Translations under genes and position numbers: made by a program
Assembly (NCBI RefSeq): GCF_006345805.1
Contig: NC_043003.1
Span: 14,570,001-14,634,000 of the forward strand
Length of the DNA: 64,000 bases
Origin: Octopus sinensis
Lineage: Eukaryota
Direction of reading: 5' to 3'
Part shown: piece after piece, positions 11,607 through 23,560 of the stretch
Layout: each line of letters starts with the position of its first letter
Numbering within the stretch: the first letter of the stretch is position 1
The notes under the pieces: generated by a model
What the model was told of the DNA's origin: nothing
Seen by the model: only the letters and a program-made list of their open reading frames with translations
Database searches by the model: none

Positions 11607-11610
<4 letters not shown>
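11390..11610 (+). mobile_element. Short non-coding element family H2 with a hammerhead-like motif, flanked by (TA)n
   Basis: Recurs inverted at 41565-41740 and partially at 7685-7790; shares the downstream TTTCCTGAGCG with H1. Confidence 0.7.
11435..11470 (+). ncRNA. Minimal type I hammerhead-like motif (core CCGACGA, U4C variant)
   Basis: GUUU-CCGACGA-A-GAGC UCC GCUC-GAAA-CGU U-AAAAC: stem I GUUU with the AAAAC run, stem II GAGC/GCUC, palindromic stem III. Confidence 0.55.
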
Positions 11611-11646
<36 letters not shown>

Positions 11647-12209
11647 TACATTCATACATATATATATATATATAATATAATATATATATATATTAATATA
11701 TACATATATAATATATGCTCATATATGTATGCACATATATATATTTGTTGATTTTTTGTGTATAGGGTCTAGTGATTGTTGAGTGTTTAGGAGGCTGTAT
11801 TAATGTAAAGTGTGCTGTGTGCTGTTTTGAATAGTATTTTTGTTTTTTGGTCTCTTGTTTAGTAGGAAGGAAGTCTAAGAACGAAGACAATGTAAGGTGA
11901 AATGAGGTGTATCTATTTCTTTGCGCATGATTGAAAATATATTCAATATATTCCTTATAAATATGTAATAGCGACACACGTACACACACAACAAGAGAAC
12001 AGATAAACACTTCTTTCCTCTAACGTATGCGACCAAAAGTTGCATGGCATCACATGGATACATTGACACACACACACACACACACAAAAGTATATTCTAT
12101 AGGCATTTAATATTGTTGGAATTCAAGAATCATGTGTTGTGTGAGAAAGAATATTGTGTAGCACATTTAGTGCCCATAATTCACATCTTGGGTATGGACT
12201 TAGATTTAT

Positions 12210-12696
12210 TTTCACCACCATCACAACCACCACCACCACCAACACAACTATGACCACCACCAATGACGATGACAACAACAACAACAACAGTGACTGCCAC
12301 CACCATCATTGTCACCATGGTGATGATGATGATCACCACCATCACCACCACCACAACTACCACCAACGTTACTAGTTACAACAACAACAACAGCAATATT
12401 ACCATTCACCACCAATAACAACAACAATCAGCACTAGCCCCACTAACAACAACAAAATACACAAACTCTATGACAGCAACCACCACCACCACTACCACCA
12501 TCATCACCACCATTGTCACCACCACCACCACTACCACCATCAACTCCTCTAGAGCAATGTTATCATCATTATCATTATCACCATCATCATCATCATCACC
12601 ATCACCACCACCACCATCATCATCGTTATCACCATCACTTCATCATTATCATCCTCATCATCATCCTCACCATCATCGTCATCAACATCATCGTCG

Positions 12697-12750
<54 letters not shown>

Positions 12751-12880
12751 ACACCATCATCATCATCATCATCATCATCACATCATCATCATCATCATCT
12801 TTGTCATTGTTACCAGCAGCAACTGCAGCAGCAGCAGTAGCAGCAGCAGCAGAAACAGCAGCAGCAGCAGCAGAAGCAAC
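12210..12880. repeat. (CAC)/(CAA)/(CAT)/(CAG) compound microsatellite block
   Basis: Direct reading; source of the poly-H/I/T ORFs. Confidence 0.95.
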
Positions 12881-13541
12881 CTCATGTCTGGAATCAAGAT
12901 TTTTATTTTTTTATTTTTTTTTTTTTGTTTTCTGTAAGAATTTTATAAATAAAGATAAGAGAAAAAAAGAATGGCAAACTGTTGCTTTGGGTAGGCTCAG
13001 TGATCGGAACAGCACATTATCCAATATTCTGTTCTCTCTTCCTTCATAATGACAAATAACTTATGGAATAACTGACAGGAAAAGTAGTACCTTAACAGAT
13101 CATTCCAGAAGAACTTGGAGTAAACTTACTGGTGTAGCAAAGATGCCTGCATTGAGAAGGAATGATTCAGATTTGGAAATGAGATAGAAGAAGATATAGG
13201 CACTAGGCACATGGTTAAGAAGCTTGCTTTCCAATCCTCTAGTTTTTTGGTTCAGTTCCCTTGTGTGGCATTTTCGGCAAGCGTCTTTTAATATAGTCCG
13301 TTTTTTTCTGTCCTTGTTTTTGTATACATTCACTGTTTTCTTCCAAGGAATTTAAAGCTCTTAGCTTAGTTTTTCCTTGGGATTGGCCAGATTGGAGCAA
13401 TCTCAAGAAAAATCAGCCGAAATTGCAAGGATGATCTGGTACTTGACTGAAGAAAGAAAACTGCGAATGACCAGTCCTTGTTTCCTTTGTATTATTATCT
13501 GGATGTTTTGCATTCTTGTCCCATTTTTGTATTTTATATAT

Positions 13542-13623
<82 letters not shown>

Positions 13624-13696
13624 ATATATAGTGGCGTACGTACACTTTGTTTTCTTATATATATTGTGTGGTGTGTGTATATATATATAATATATT

Positions 13697-13865
13697 TCAT
13701 CATCATTTAGCGTTCGCTTTCCATGCTAGCATGGGTTGGACGGGTCAACTGGGGTCCGTGAAGCTGGAAGGCTTCGTCAGGCCCAGTCAGATCTGGCAGT
13801 GTTTCTACGGCTGGATGTCCTTCCTAACGCCAACCACTCCGCGAGTGTAGTGGGTGTTTTTTACG

Positions 13866-13870
<5 letters not shown>
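13697..13870 (-). mobile_element. RTE LINE short 3' end between (TA)n tracts
   Basis: CATCATTTAGCGTTCGCTTTCCATGCTAGCATGGGTTGGACGG...GTTTTTTACGTGCC then (TA)n. Confidence 0.8.
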
Positions 13871-13896
<26 letters not shown>

Positions 13897-14129
13897 GGTA
13901 TATATATATATATATCAATTTTAGAAAAACATAAATCCAGAAAAGAAGCAAAGCACACTCTAAAAAGTAGAGCAGCCTATATTTTGGGGTTACTCTGGGT
14001 TTCCCGTCCATAAAGGGTTTAACTTTTAGGCGTATTGATACCTAGAAGTATTTGGCTGTTTGGAGAATAATGGCTGATTTTAAAAATAAGCCTATATTCT
14101 TGAAAAAATGAACTGATACAAAGATTTAA

Positions 14130-14790
14130 GTATTCAAAATATGATCCCTAAACAGCTATGCATTTCTCCCATCGATCAACAAGGTCATTTATGCCTCTCT
14201 GATAAAATTCCAAAGGTTTTGATGCCAAGAAATCCTTGAATTCATTTTCGGCCTTGGTTTTGGGATGGGAGGTTAAGAAGGTATCTATATTCTAGAAAAT
14301 GTGGTAGTCAGTGGATGAAAAATCAGGAGAATATGGAGGATGTGGTAAAGTCTCATATCCCAAGTCTGCGAGCCTCTGCAGTGACATGTTGTGGGGCAGA
14401 ATTGGACCACATCAATCAACAAGTACAGGTCCCATTTTGCTCAAGTGAACATGCATTTCTTCCAGTTGCTTACAGTAAACTTCCGACGTAATGATTAGGT
14501 TCCAGAAACCTGTATCATTTTCAAATGTTGATCATCATGGGTGGATGAACGTCCTCTATGTTCTTGATCTTCAAGGCTCTCATCCTCACTATGGAATCTC
14601 TCAAACCACCATTTTACCACCCAGTCACTAGTGGACCCTTCACTCCCAAGCTCTGTTGTTATTGGTGGCCGTTTGGAAAGCATTATGTTCAAGTTTGAAT
14701 TCATACAAAAAAAAGTAGACACATTTATTTTTTATTACATGTTTGAAATTAAGGATTTCTATGCATCAAAAATAATTTCTGAAAGAAATC
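14130..14790 (-). mobile_element. Mariner transposase remnant with internal deletion
   Basis: Minus-strand fragments FLYEFKLEHNA, WFERFHSEDESLEDQEHRGRS, LGYETLPHPPYSPDFSSTDYHIF and EFYQRGINDLVDRWEKCI, with many stops and frameshifts. Confidence 0.8.
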
Positions 14791-14911
14791 AATAAAGGTT
14801 TATTAAAGAGTACGCATCACTTATTAAGCATGTAAAATTTTGTCTAAAACACTACAAAAATAACATCTTAAATGGAATTTGAAAAAAAATGTTTTTGAAA
14901 ACTCGGACATA

Positions 14912-15232
14912 GGCGCAGGAGTGGCTGTGTGGTAAGTAGCTTGCTTAAGAACTACATGGTTCCAGTTTCAGTCCCACTGCGTGGCACCTTGGGCAAGTGT
15001 CTTCTACTATAGCCTCAGGCTGACCAAAGCCTTGTGAGTGGATTTGGTTGATGGAAACTGAAAGAAGCCTGTTGTATATATGTATATGTATATATATGTA
15101 TGTATGTGTGTGTAAATGTATGTGTGTCTGTGTTTGTCCCTCCAACATTGCTTGACAACTGATGTTGGTGTGTTTACGTCCCCATAACTTAGTGGTTCGG
15201 CAAAAGAGACCGATAGAATAAGTACTAGTACT
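14912..15232 (+). mobile_element. SINE group A copy, 3'-truncated, abutting a SINE group C head (15262-15335)
   Basis: Matches the group A consensus up to GATAGAATAAGTACTAG. Confidence 0.85.
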
Positions 15233-15940
15233 TCATAGTTCTAGAATAAGTACTAGTACTATGAAGGTGGTGAGCTGGTAGAAACGTTAGCACGCCAGGT
15301 GAAATTCTTAGCGGTATTTCATCTGTCGTTATGTTCTGGTGGTGATGGTTGCAGTGGTTGTTAGTGGCAGTGATGGTAGTGGCAGTGGTGTTAGTGGTAA
15401 TAATGATGTTGGTGCTGGTGGTAGTGGTGGTGATGATGGTTGTGATGGTGGCAGTAGTGCTGGTGGTGGCTGTGGTGGTGATGGCAATTGGTAGTAGTTG
15501 TCTTATGATGGTCTCATTATGGAGAGGCTGCTACAGTTTTCCTAAGATATTTGTGAAGGTGAGCGCAGCACCAGTTCCGTTGATGACGATGCTACGGATG
15601 ATTCATGCATTTTTACCTCAGATATCTTGGTACTTTTTTGGATGCAATCTTCGTCTTCATTATCCCCACTCCTCCTAACCCATCTCCCTCCACCTCTTTC
15701 TTTATTTCTTTCCTTTTTGTTTTTTGGTCACTTCTTCCATTAATTGAATCATTACAACAGCTGATGTGTCTAAACATTAGGATGGCGGCAGTCTTTTTCT
15801 TTGTTTGTTTGTCTATGGTGTCTTCTAATTATGATAATGTTCTTGAAAATTTTTTTTGGCATTATCTTGAACGTATTCATACTTTTCAAATTTTATCAAT
15901 GTCATTTACAATAACAATGAAAACAGCAGCACCAATAATA

Positions 15941-15993
<53 letters not shown>

Positions 15994-16053
15994 AATAATC
16001 ATCATAATAATGATGATGAGGATGATAATAATAATAATAATAATAATAATGAT

Positions 16054-16420
16054 AAAGGGCCTCTTGCTTAGAGTAAAAGGTAGACTGTATGAAGCATGTG
16101 TATGAACAGCCATGCTACATGGCGGTGAAACATGGGCTGTGACTGCAGAGGACATGCGTAAGGTCGTAAGGAGTGAATTCAGTATGCTCCGATGGATGTG
16201 TAATGTCAGTGTGCATACTCGACAGAATGTTAGTGCCTTGAAGAAAAGTTGGACCTAAGAAGCATCAGGTGTGGTGTGCAAGACAGATGACTGTGCTGGT
16301 ATGGTCATGTGGCAAGAATGGACGAGGATAGCTGTGTTAAAAAGTGTCACACCCTAGCGGTTGAGGGAACCTGTGGAAGATTTTGACCCAGGAAGACCCG
16401 GGACGAGGTGGTGAAGCATG
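16054..16420 (+). mobile_element. RTE LINE ORF2 internal fragment between (TAA)n arrays
   Basis: KGLLLRVKGRLYEACV*TAMLHGGETWAVTAEDMRK...WYGHVARMDEDSCVKKCHTLAVEGTCG; same family as 40079-40459. Confidence 0.85.
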
Positions 16421-16449
16421 ATGAATAAACGATGAATAATAATATAATA

Positions 16450-16515
<66 letters not shown>

Positions 16516-16753
16516 GCAATGATTTTGAAATCGATACTTGGGTAGGGATAGCTGGGGTTTTGCATTTGGTACATGGGTGTTGAGTGTCTTCCACGATAAG
16601 TTAACATCCTAGTACCAAAGTTTTATAATTGCGGAATGAAGTTAACCAACAGGTTGCTCTCTGCTCTCACAGAATCAACCAGAGAAAGTAAGACCAAGAG
16701 AACCCTGAGAAGTGAGAAGTAAAATAATGATAATAATAATGATAATAATAATG

Positions 16754-16804
<51 letters not shown>

Positions 16805-16806
<2 letters not shown>

Positions 16807-18809
16807 CCATAGCTGGATTAAGAAATGCCTGGAAATGTATAAGATAGCACCTACTCTGCAAAACTTTTTGACTGTAAGTATGAGATCATGGAGAACCACA
16901 CTAACTTTGAACAGTGACAATGAATCCCTAAATGCTGGTGATGTAAAAATTTCATGTGGCATTTTCCAGAGTGACTCACTGTCACCACTCCTCTTTTGTT
17001 TAGCCTTAATACCTCTCTCAAAACTGCTCAATGACGCGCAGTACGGATATAAAATGTTTGATAAAAATATAAATCATCTCATTTACATGGATGATTTAAA
17101 GCTTTTTGCAAAAAATGACCAACAACTCAAGGGCTTACTGGCGATAGTCAAACAATTCAGTGACGACATCAGAATGCAATTTGGCCTCGATAAATGTGCA
17201 AAAGCTACCTTTATCAAAGGAAAAATGACAGAAACATCTAACGTTAACATTGACCAGCAGAATGTCATAAAAGAACTAGACCCAGCGGAGAGCTACAAGT
17301 ACCTAGGGGTAATTGAAGGGGACAGAATAAGGCATTCAGAGATGAAGGAAAGGATCAGGAGAGAATGTTATCGAAGAGTGAGAGCAATACTCAAGACAGA
17401 GCTGAATGCAAGAAACAGGATCGAAGCGATCAATGCATTAGCCATACCAGTCGTGACTTACAGTTTCAATATCATTAACTGGTCAATTACTGAAATATGT
17501 CAGCTTGACAGAAAAATACGAAAACTGTTGACAATGCATAGAATGCACCACCCTAAGGCAGATACAGAACGACTTTATCTGCCAAGAAAAGAGGGAGGCC
17601 GTGGTCTTTTACAACTGGCAATAACAATGAAGATTGCTACAATTGGCCTAGACACCTACCTGAAAAAGTCTGAGGACTGGATGTAAAAGCATCATACTCA
17701 GTAACAAAACAGGCAAAGGAATATCTAAGTGAATTCCGAATACAACAAATTTCGGAATTAGAGATAGTCATACGAGAAACAAGCACAGAAAAAGCTAAGC
17801 GCATGAAAACCCGTGCCAAAACTGCGGCCTTAGATATTCTGAATAATAAATGGCAAGAAAAACCTCTTTATGGCAAATACCCAAAGAGAGCGAATAATGC
17901 AGATATTAACAAAGCCCTGACCCATCAATGGCTAATGGCCTCTGGCTTAAAATCTGAAACAGAAGGGTTTATCATAGCAGCTCAAGATCAATGCCTACCA
18001 ACAAGAAACTACCAGGCCAACATATTAAAGAACGGCAGTAGCCCAACATGTCGTGTATGTCGACAACAAAATGAAACCATTGATCATGTTGTCTCCAAGT
18101 GCAGTCTTCTAGTGCCTACAGAGTACCTCAACAGGCATGATAGAGCTGCACAATATATTCACTGGGTAATTTGCAAAAACCTGGATTTGTCCCATGAAAA
18201 AAACTAGTGGGAACACAATCCACCTCCAGTGCTTGAAAATGACCACATCTCACTCCTCTGGAACTTCACCATTCAAACTGACAGAAAGATAGATGCAAAC
18301 AGGCCAGACATCATATTGAAAGACTTCAGACAAAGAACATGCCTCCTCATTGATATGACTGTCCCAATCGATATAAACGTATCTGTCAAGACCTATCAAA
18401 AACTGAGCAAATATAAAGATCTTGAAATAGAAATCAGCAAAATGTGGAACCTGAAGACTAAAACAATACCTGTTGTCATAGGTGCCCTGGGAATGATAGC
18501 GAAAGGGGCTGATTGCTACCTAACTCATATACCAGGAAACCCCAAAATGGCAGAAATTCAAAAGATAGTGCTCATGGGAACTGCTCATATCCTACACAAA
18601 ATACTCTCTATGTAATCTCAAGGTTTAAAACAAACTTTTTAAAAAAAAATTTATTTATTAGACATTCACTAGTACAACACCAAAAAACCCCCCAAATATA
18701 TGGCACACTAGGCATAACAACAATGTGAACTTCCAACCTGTTGTCTCTTGAGGTCTCTGGGTGAGACTTGGAGCCAACTTGTACAAACATAAAGCAAAAG
18801 TCAAACATA
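16805..18809 (+). mobile_element. Dong/R4-clade non-LTR retrotransposon, 5'-truncated, flanked by (TAA)n on both sides
   Basis: RT motifs GIFQSDSLSPLLF, HLIYMDDLKL, YKYLG, RLYLPRKEGGRGL; CCHC knuckle CRVC..QNETIDHVVSKC and RHD; restriction-like endonuclease RPDIILKD..CLLIDMTVP..K..KYKDL. Frameshift or deletion near 17686, TGG>TAG at 18205-18207, stop at 18615, 3' UTR to 18809, TAA tail to about 18870. Confidence 0.92.
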
Positions 18810-18871
<62 letters not shown>

Positions 18872-18884
18872 TTTCAAATTTTTT

Positions 18885-19086
18885 TTTGCCAAAAGAGCAG
18901 CTAAGGAGAGGGCACTAAGTCGATTACATTGACCCCAGCAGGTAACTGGTGCTTATTTAAATGACCCCGAAAGGATGAAAGGCAAAGCTGACCTCGGTGG
19001 AATTTGAACTCTGAACATAGTGGTAGGTGAAACATTGCTAAGCATTTCACCTGGCATGCTAACGATTCTACCAGCTCACTGCCTTA

Positions 19087-19087
<1 letters not shown>
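18885..19087 (-). mobile_element. SINE group C copy
   Basis: Reverse complement of AAGGCAGTGAGCTGGTAGAATCGTTAGCATGCCAGGTGAAATGCTTAGC...GAGTTCAAATTCC. Confidence 0.8.
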
Positions 19088-19123
<36 letters not shown>

Positions 19124-19140
19124 TAATAATAATAATATTA

Positions 19141-19697
19141 AATGCCTTGATACAGTACCTGGCAGTGGCTCTCATGGCTTCTGATCTTAACTGATTGGAA
19201 GTGTTATGATGTATATTGTTTTGTCTTGGTATAAAAGATGGGCTACAGCAAATATTCTGCTCAGTACCACAGATTTGCTTGTCAGTTGCTTGATCTTAAC
19301 CAGTTGAGCATGTCCCTTAGTGGCTGACGATATGTGCATCTCTGATCACAAGCAGAAGTAGTGGGGGAGCATCATAGACATGTGTTGAGAGGGATTCTTT
19401 GAGGTTTGAATAATTCACCTCTGGAAACATGGGTGTTTCATTCAACATCCTTAAACAAACCTTATTCAGGGACCTTTTGAGCAGGATGGGCTACTTGACA
19501 TGAAGAAAATTCTCACTGGACTCCACCTGCAAGGTCATGTGCTGTTTGTCTTGATATGAGATCACCATGTTGTGCATATATGGTTGTGATGCATGTGCCT
19601 GGTGTACCCTTATCGGATGGGCAGTCATGATGGGTATACTGGGTTTCACATATTTTACCCCAGTGTCACTTTGATGACATGCACTGCTCTCTCACTC
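19141..19697. mobile_element. Unclassified non-coding interspersed element bounded by (TAA)n arrays
   Basis: About 560 bp of complex sequence with sharp TAA boundaries on both sides, no coding homology that I recognise, and no similarity to the Dong 3' UTR. Confidence 0.4.
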
Positions 19698-19738
<41 letters not shown>

Positions 19739-19880
19739 TAATAATAATCATCATCATAATGACAATGATGATGATAATATCTGCATCAGTACCAACAATA
19801 AATTTAATCATAATGTTACTCACTGTTGCACCAATTTTCTTATTTCATCATCATCATCATCTTCATCTTTATTATTATTA

Positions 19881-20075
19881 AGGCAGCGAGATGGCCGAAT
19901 CGTTAGTGCACCGTATGAAATGCTTAGCGGTATTTTGCCTGTCGGTCATTCTGAGTTCAAATTCCACCAAGGTTGACTTCACCTTTCACCCTTTCAGGGT
20001 CGATAAAATAAGTACCATTTAAACACTGGGGTCAATGTAATTGACTCATCCCCTTCCCCAAAATTTCTGCCCTTG
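19881..20075 (+). mobile_element. SINE group C copy
   Basis: AGGCAGCGAGATGGCCGAATCGTTAGTGCACCG...GAGTTCAAATTCCACCAAGGTTGAC. Confidence 0.8.
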
Positions 20076-20118
20076 TGGCTAAAAAGTTGAAATCATCATC
20101 ATTATTATTATATTATTA

Positions 20119-20152
<34 letters not shown>

Positions 20153-20154
<2 letters not shown>

Positions 20155-20570
20155 GATCTGAAGGTGGCCGATACCAGCGCCGCCTAGACTGGCTTCCGTG
20201 CTGGTGGCACGTAAAAAGCGCTCTCTGAATCGTGGCCGATGCCAGCACTGCCTAGACTGGCTTCTGTGCCAGTGGCACGTAAAAATACCATCCGAATCGT
20301 GGCCGATGCCAGTTCCGCTTCGATTGGCTTCTGTGCCGGTGGCACGTAAAATGCACCAATCCAATTGTGGTCGTTGCCAGCTTCGCCTAGCACCTGTGCA
20401 GGTGGCACGTAAAAAGCACCCACTACACTCACGGAGTGGTTGGCATTAGGAAGGGCATCCAGCTGTAGAAACACTGCCAGATCAGACTGGAGCCTGGTGC
20501 AGCCTTCTGGCTTCCCAGATCCCCGGTCAAACCGTCCAACCCATGCTAGCATGGAGAATGGACGTTAAAC

Positions 20571-20605
<35 letters not shown>
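20153..20605 (+). mobile_element. RTE LINE 3' end with tandem 3' UTR units and (GAT)n tail
   Basis: Four GTGCC.GTGGCACGTAAAA units followed by the conserved terminal segment. Confidence 0.85.
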
Positions 20606-20607
<2 letters not shown>

Positions 20608-21459
20608 ATAGTTATAATTATTACATTATTATCATTATCATTATTACTATTATTATTATTATTATTATTATTATTGCTAATATTTTTATTGTTGTTATCA
20701 TTATTGTTGTCATTGTTAGTTAATTTCTTTCTTATCATTGTTAACAATTGTTAACATTTAAGAAATAATTAATTTTTTTTTCTCAAATTAATTTTAGTTT
20801 GCTTTTCGTGCATGTTAAATATTTCAAATGACAAGAATTTAATTTCTCATTTCAGTCATTCTTCTTCTTCTCTTTCTTTCATTTTGTTGCTTTGTACTTC
20901 AAAATGAAGTTAACCAAAATAACTGTGAGAAGCCATGTCTCACACAAATGTCGTCTTCTGAACTTCGCATTCTGCAATTCCCAGCAAATCTATTACATTT
21001 TTTTTAATTGGTTAATGGAACCTCTTGTCTTTAGTAACTTAGCTATTTCATACACTGAATTTAATTCTTTGAAAAATAAGACAATAATTAAAGTCTCATG
21101 GCTTCATAAAGGATAAGGGAATAGAGAGTCTGGTAGAAACTGTTACAAAAAGTTTGCCTCTTTGACATGGCCAGAATCATCGGGAAAATATTAGATTGCC
21201 AAAGAGATCAAATAGCATGGTGCCATACATTGCAGTTAGCAAACCTTGCTACTCATGCAAGTCTCCAGGGGTTCTAACAAAATCATAGTTCTTGCTTACC
21301 AACCACATGGTTCCGGGTTCAGTTCCACTGTGTGGCACCTTGGACAACTGTCTTCTACTATAGCCTCAGGCCGACCAAAGCCTTGTGAAACTGAAAGAAA
21401 CCCATCGTATATGTATATATATGTGTATGTGTATGTTTGTGTGTCTGTGTTTGTCCCCC

Positions 21460-21707
21460 CAACAAACATTAAGGCAAGGCAAGCATCTCAAGTCATATAC
21501 ATTATTACTATTGGAAAAAATTCAAAGTCTTACAGCTGTTTCTGGGATATCCCCGAGTATGAGATATTCCATCATCAGAGACAAATAAGGGAAGACAGAA
21601 TATCCCATACTCAGGGATTTCCCAGAAACAGCTGTAAGACTTTGAATTTTTTCCAATAGTAATAATGTATACAACTTGAGATGTTTGCCTTGCCTTAATA
21701 TTTGTTG
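21460..21707. repeat. Long fold-back (about 110-bp inverted arms, 28-bp loop) joined to a truncated SINE A
   Basis: 21460-21569 is the reverse complement of 21598-21707 with few mismatches. Confidence 0.9.
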
Positions 21708-21859
21708 TCCTATTTATATATCTGCTGTATTGGAAATCTGCAACGGCCCCATAACTACTATCTTGGCTATACCTTTGGAGCCCTAGTAATCTGTTACAAA
21801 ACTTACCCAGTGTACCTAATCGCTTAGATCATCTGGAAACTAAACATCCATACTTTGTG

Positions 21860-21891
<32 letters not shown>

Positions 21892-21892
21892 T

Positions 21893-22013
21893 AGGAGTGG
21901 CTGTGTGGCAAGTAGCTTGCTTACAAACCACTTGGTTCCACGTTCAGTCCCACTGCATGGCACCTTGGGCATGTGGTTGGTAAGCAAGCTACTTACCACA
22001 CAGCCACTCCTGC
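21893..22013. mobile_element. SINE group A head fused to an inverted copy of its own first ~45 nt
   Basis: GGAGTGGCTGTGTGGCAAGTAGCTTGCTTACAAACCAC...CTTGGGC followed directly by ATGTGGTTGGTAAGCAAGCTACTTACCACACAGCCACTCC. Confidence 0.8.
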
Positions 22014-22125
22014 TCCTAGATAAGAATTACATTTCGCAGAGTAATTCTGAATGCTAAAAGGCAAATGTTTAAACTGGTGAGGTCCAGCCTCTCACACCTT
22101 CCCTACAATGTCATTTTAAGAAATA

Positions 22126-22509
22126 GTGGCTGTGTGGTAAGTAGCTTGCTAACCAACCACATGGTTCCGGGTTCAGTCCCACTGCGTGGCATCTTGGGCA
22201 AGTGTCTTCTGCTATAGCCCCGGGCCGACCAATGCCTTGTGAGTGGATTTGGTAGATGGAAACTGAAAGAAGCCTGTCGTATATATGTGTGTGTGTGTTT
22301 GTATGTCTGTGTTTGTCCCCCTAGCATTGCTTGACAACCGATGCTGGTGTGTTTACGTCCCCATCACTTAGCGGTTCGGCAAAAGAGACTGATAGAATAA
22401 GTACTGGGCTTACAAAAGAATAAGTCCCGGGGTCGATTTGCTCGACTAAAGGCGGTGCTCCAGCATGGCCGCAGTCAAATGACTGAAACAAGTAAAAGAG
22501 TAAAAGAGT
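22126..22509 (+). mobile_element. SINE group A, full length, young subfamily
   Basis: Near-identical to 7946-8341; (AAAAGAGT)2 tail. Confidence 0.9.
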
Positions 22510-23053
22510 AATCACATCATAGAAATCTTGCAGCTGCGAGATTAATGCACGATTAGGTCAAAACAATGCGAATAAATAAGCATTAATTTCGACAGATTAA
22601 TTTTGAATGCTAAAGGGTTAAATAAGAAACCCCGCTAAAACAGAGAATATTGGAGTGAAAGACATTTCCAGCTGCAAATGTAAGCGGCTTCATATCTGAA
22701 TTAAAGCATTCGAAAATACAAAGAGAAAATGTTGAAAGTGACGTTTCTAAGCACAATAAAATTAATAAAATTATATGTGAAAAAAAAATGGGAGATATAC
22801 ACTAAAATAATTCTAAATATCTTAAAATCTTTATAACAAAACATTATTTATTGAATACAGAAGAACTTAGCAATTTTATGTGGTTTATATTCTTCGTTTA
22901 TAGTCGAAAATATATTAATATTGCTTTTTAAGTACATGTTTTTACTTTATACATAAAGTGCAATGAAATATCTTTTATTTAATCTCTCATCTTCATCTTC
23001 TCTTCGAATTTTCGTGGATGTTTTTAACCCATGCATGCCAGCCATCTCAGTCT

Positions 23054-23351
23054 GTGGAGGCACATGGCCTAGTTGTTAGAGCAGCGGACTCGCGGTCGAG
23101 GGATCACGGGATCGAATCTCAGACTGGGCGATGTGTAATTTTATAAGCGAAACACTTAAGCTCCACGTGTCTCCTGCAGAAGGTAATGGCAAACTTCTGC
23201 TGACTCTTTCGCCACAATTTTCTCTCACTCTTTCCTCCTGCATCTTGCAGCTCACCTGCGACGGACCGGCGTCCCGTCCAGGTGGTGAACCTATATGTCA
23301 AGGAAACCGGAAAACCAGCCCTAATGAGCCAGGCGTGGCTCTAGAAGGAAC
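23054..23351 (+). mobile_element. tRNA-derived SINE group B (head 1 + body X + tail M variant)
   Basis: GTGGAGGCACATGGCCTAGTTGTTAGAGCAGCGGACTCGCGGTCGAGGGATCACGGGATCGAATC; tail CTGCGACGGACCGGCGTCCCGTCCAGG...GAAACCGG resembles the Meta/V-type SINE central motif. Confidence 0.8.
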
Positions 23352-23459
23352 ATCCATCTCAGTCCCACATTAGATGAGGGAGATCTTTGGGGAGGCTTCT
23401 GGTGTCTCTGGTGAGTTGATCTACATATATCGTGTTTGGACTTTTTTCATTCTCTAGTG

Positions 23460-23560
23460 CAGGGGTCTCCAAAGTGGTTGACTTGGGACTATTTAAGCGG
23501 CTCGATAAATGCCCGGGAGTCAGAAGTGGGATCAATAAATACTAGGTGGGGGGATGGGAT
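23460..23560 (+). mobile_element. hAT (Charlie/Buster-type) terminal sequence
   Basis: CAGGGGTCTCCAAA start preceded by CTCTAGTG, close to the NTCTAGAN target of Charlie-type hATs. No partner TIR found. Confidence 0.45.

Noticed and set aside
13124-13190. Possible 17-nt minus-strand micro-exon (13130-13146) between a CAG acceptor and a GTAAGT donor
   Set aside because: Splice-like signals alone are common in 64 kb; no partner exons or homology. Needs RNA-seq.
23054-23125. tRNA-like sequences (heads of SINE groups A, B and C)
   Set aside because: A and B boxes are present but no complete acceptor stem, and each continues into a repeated body; these are SINE heads, not tRNA genes.
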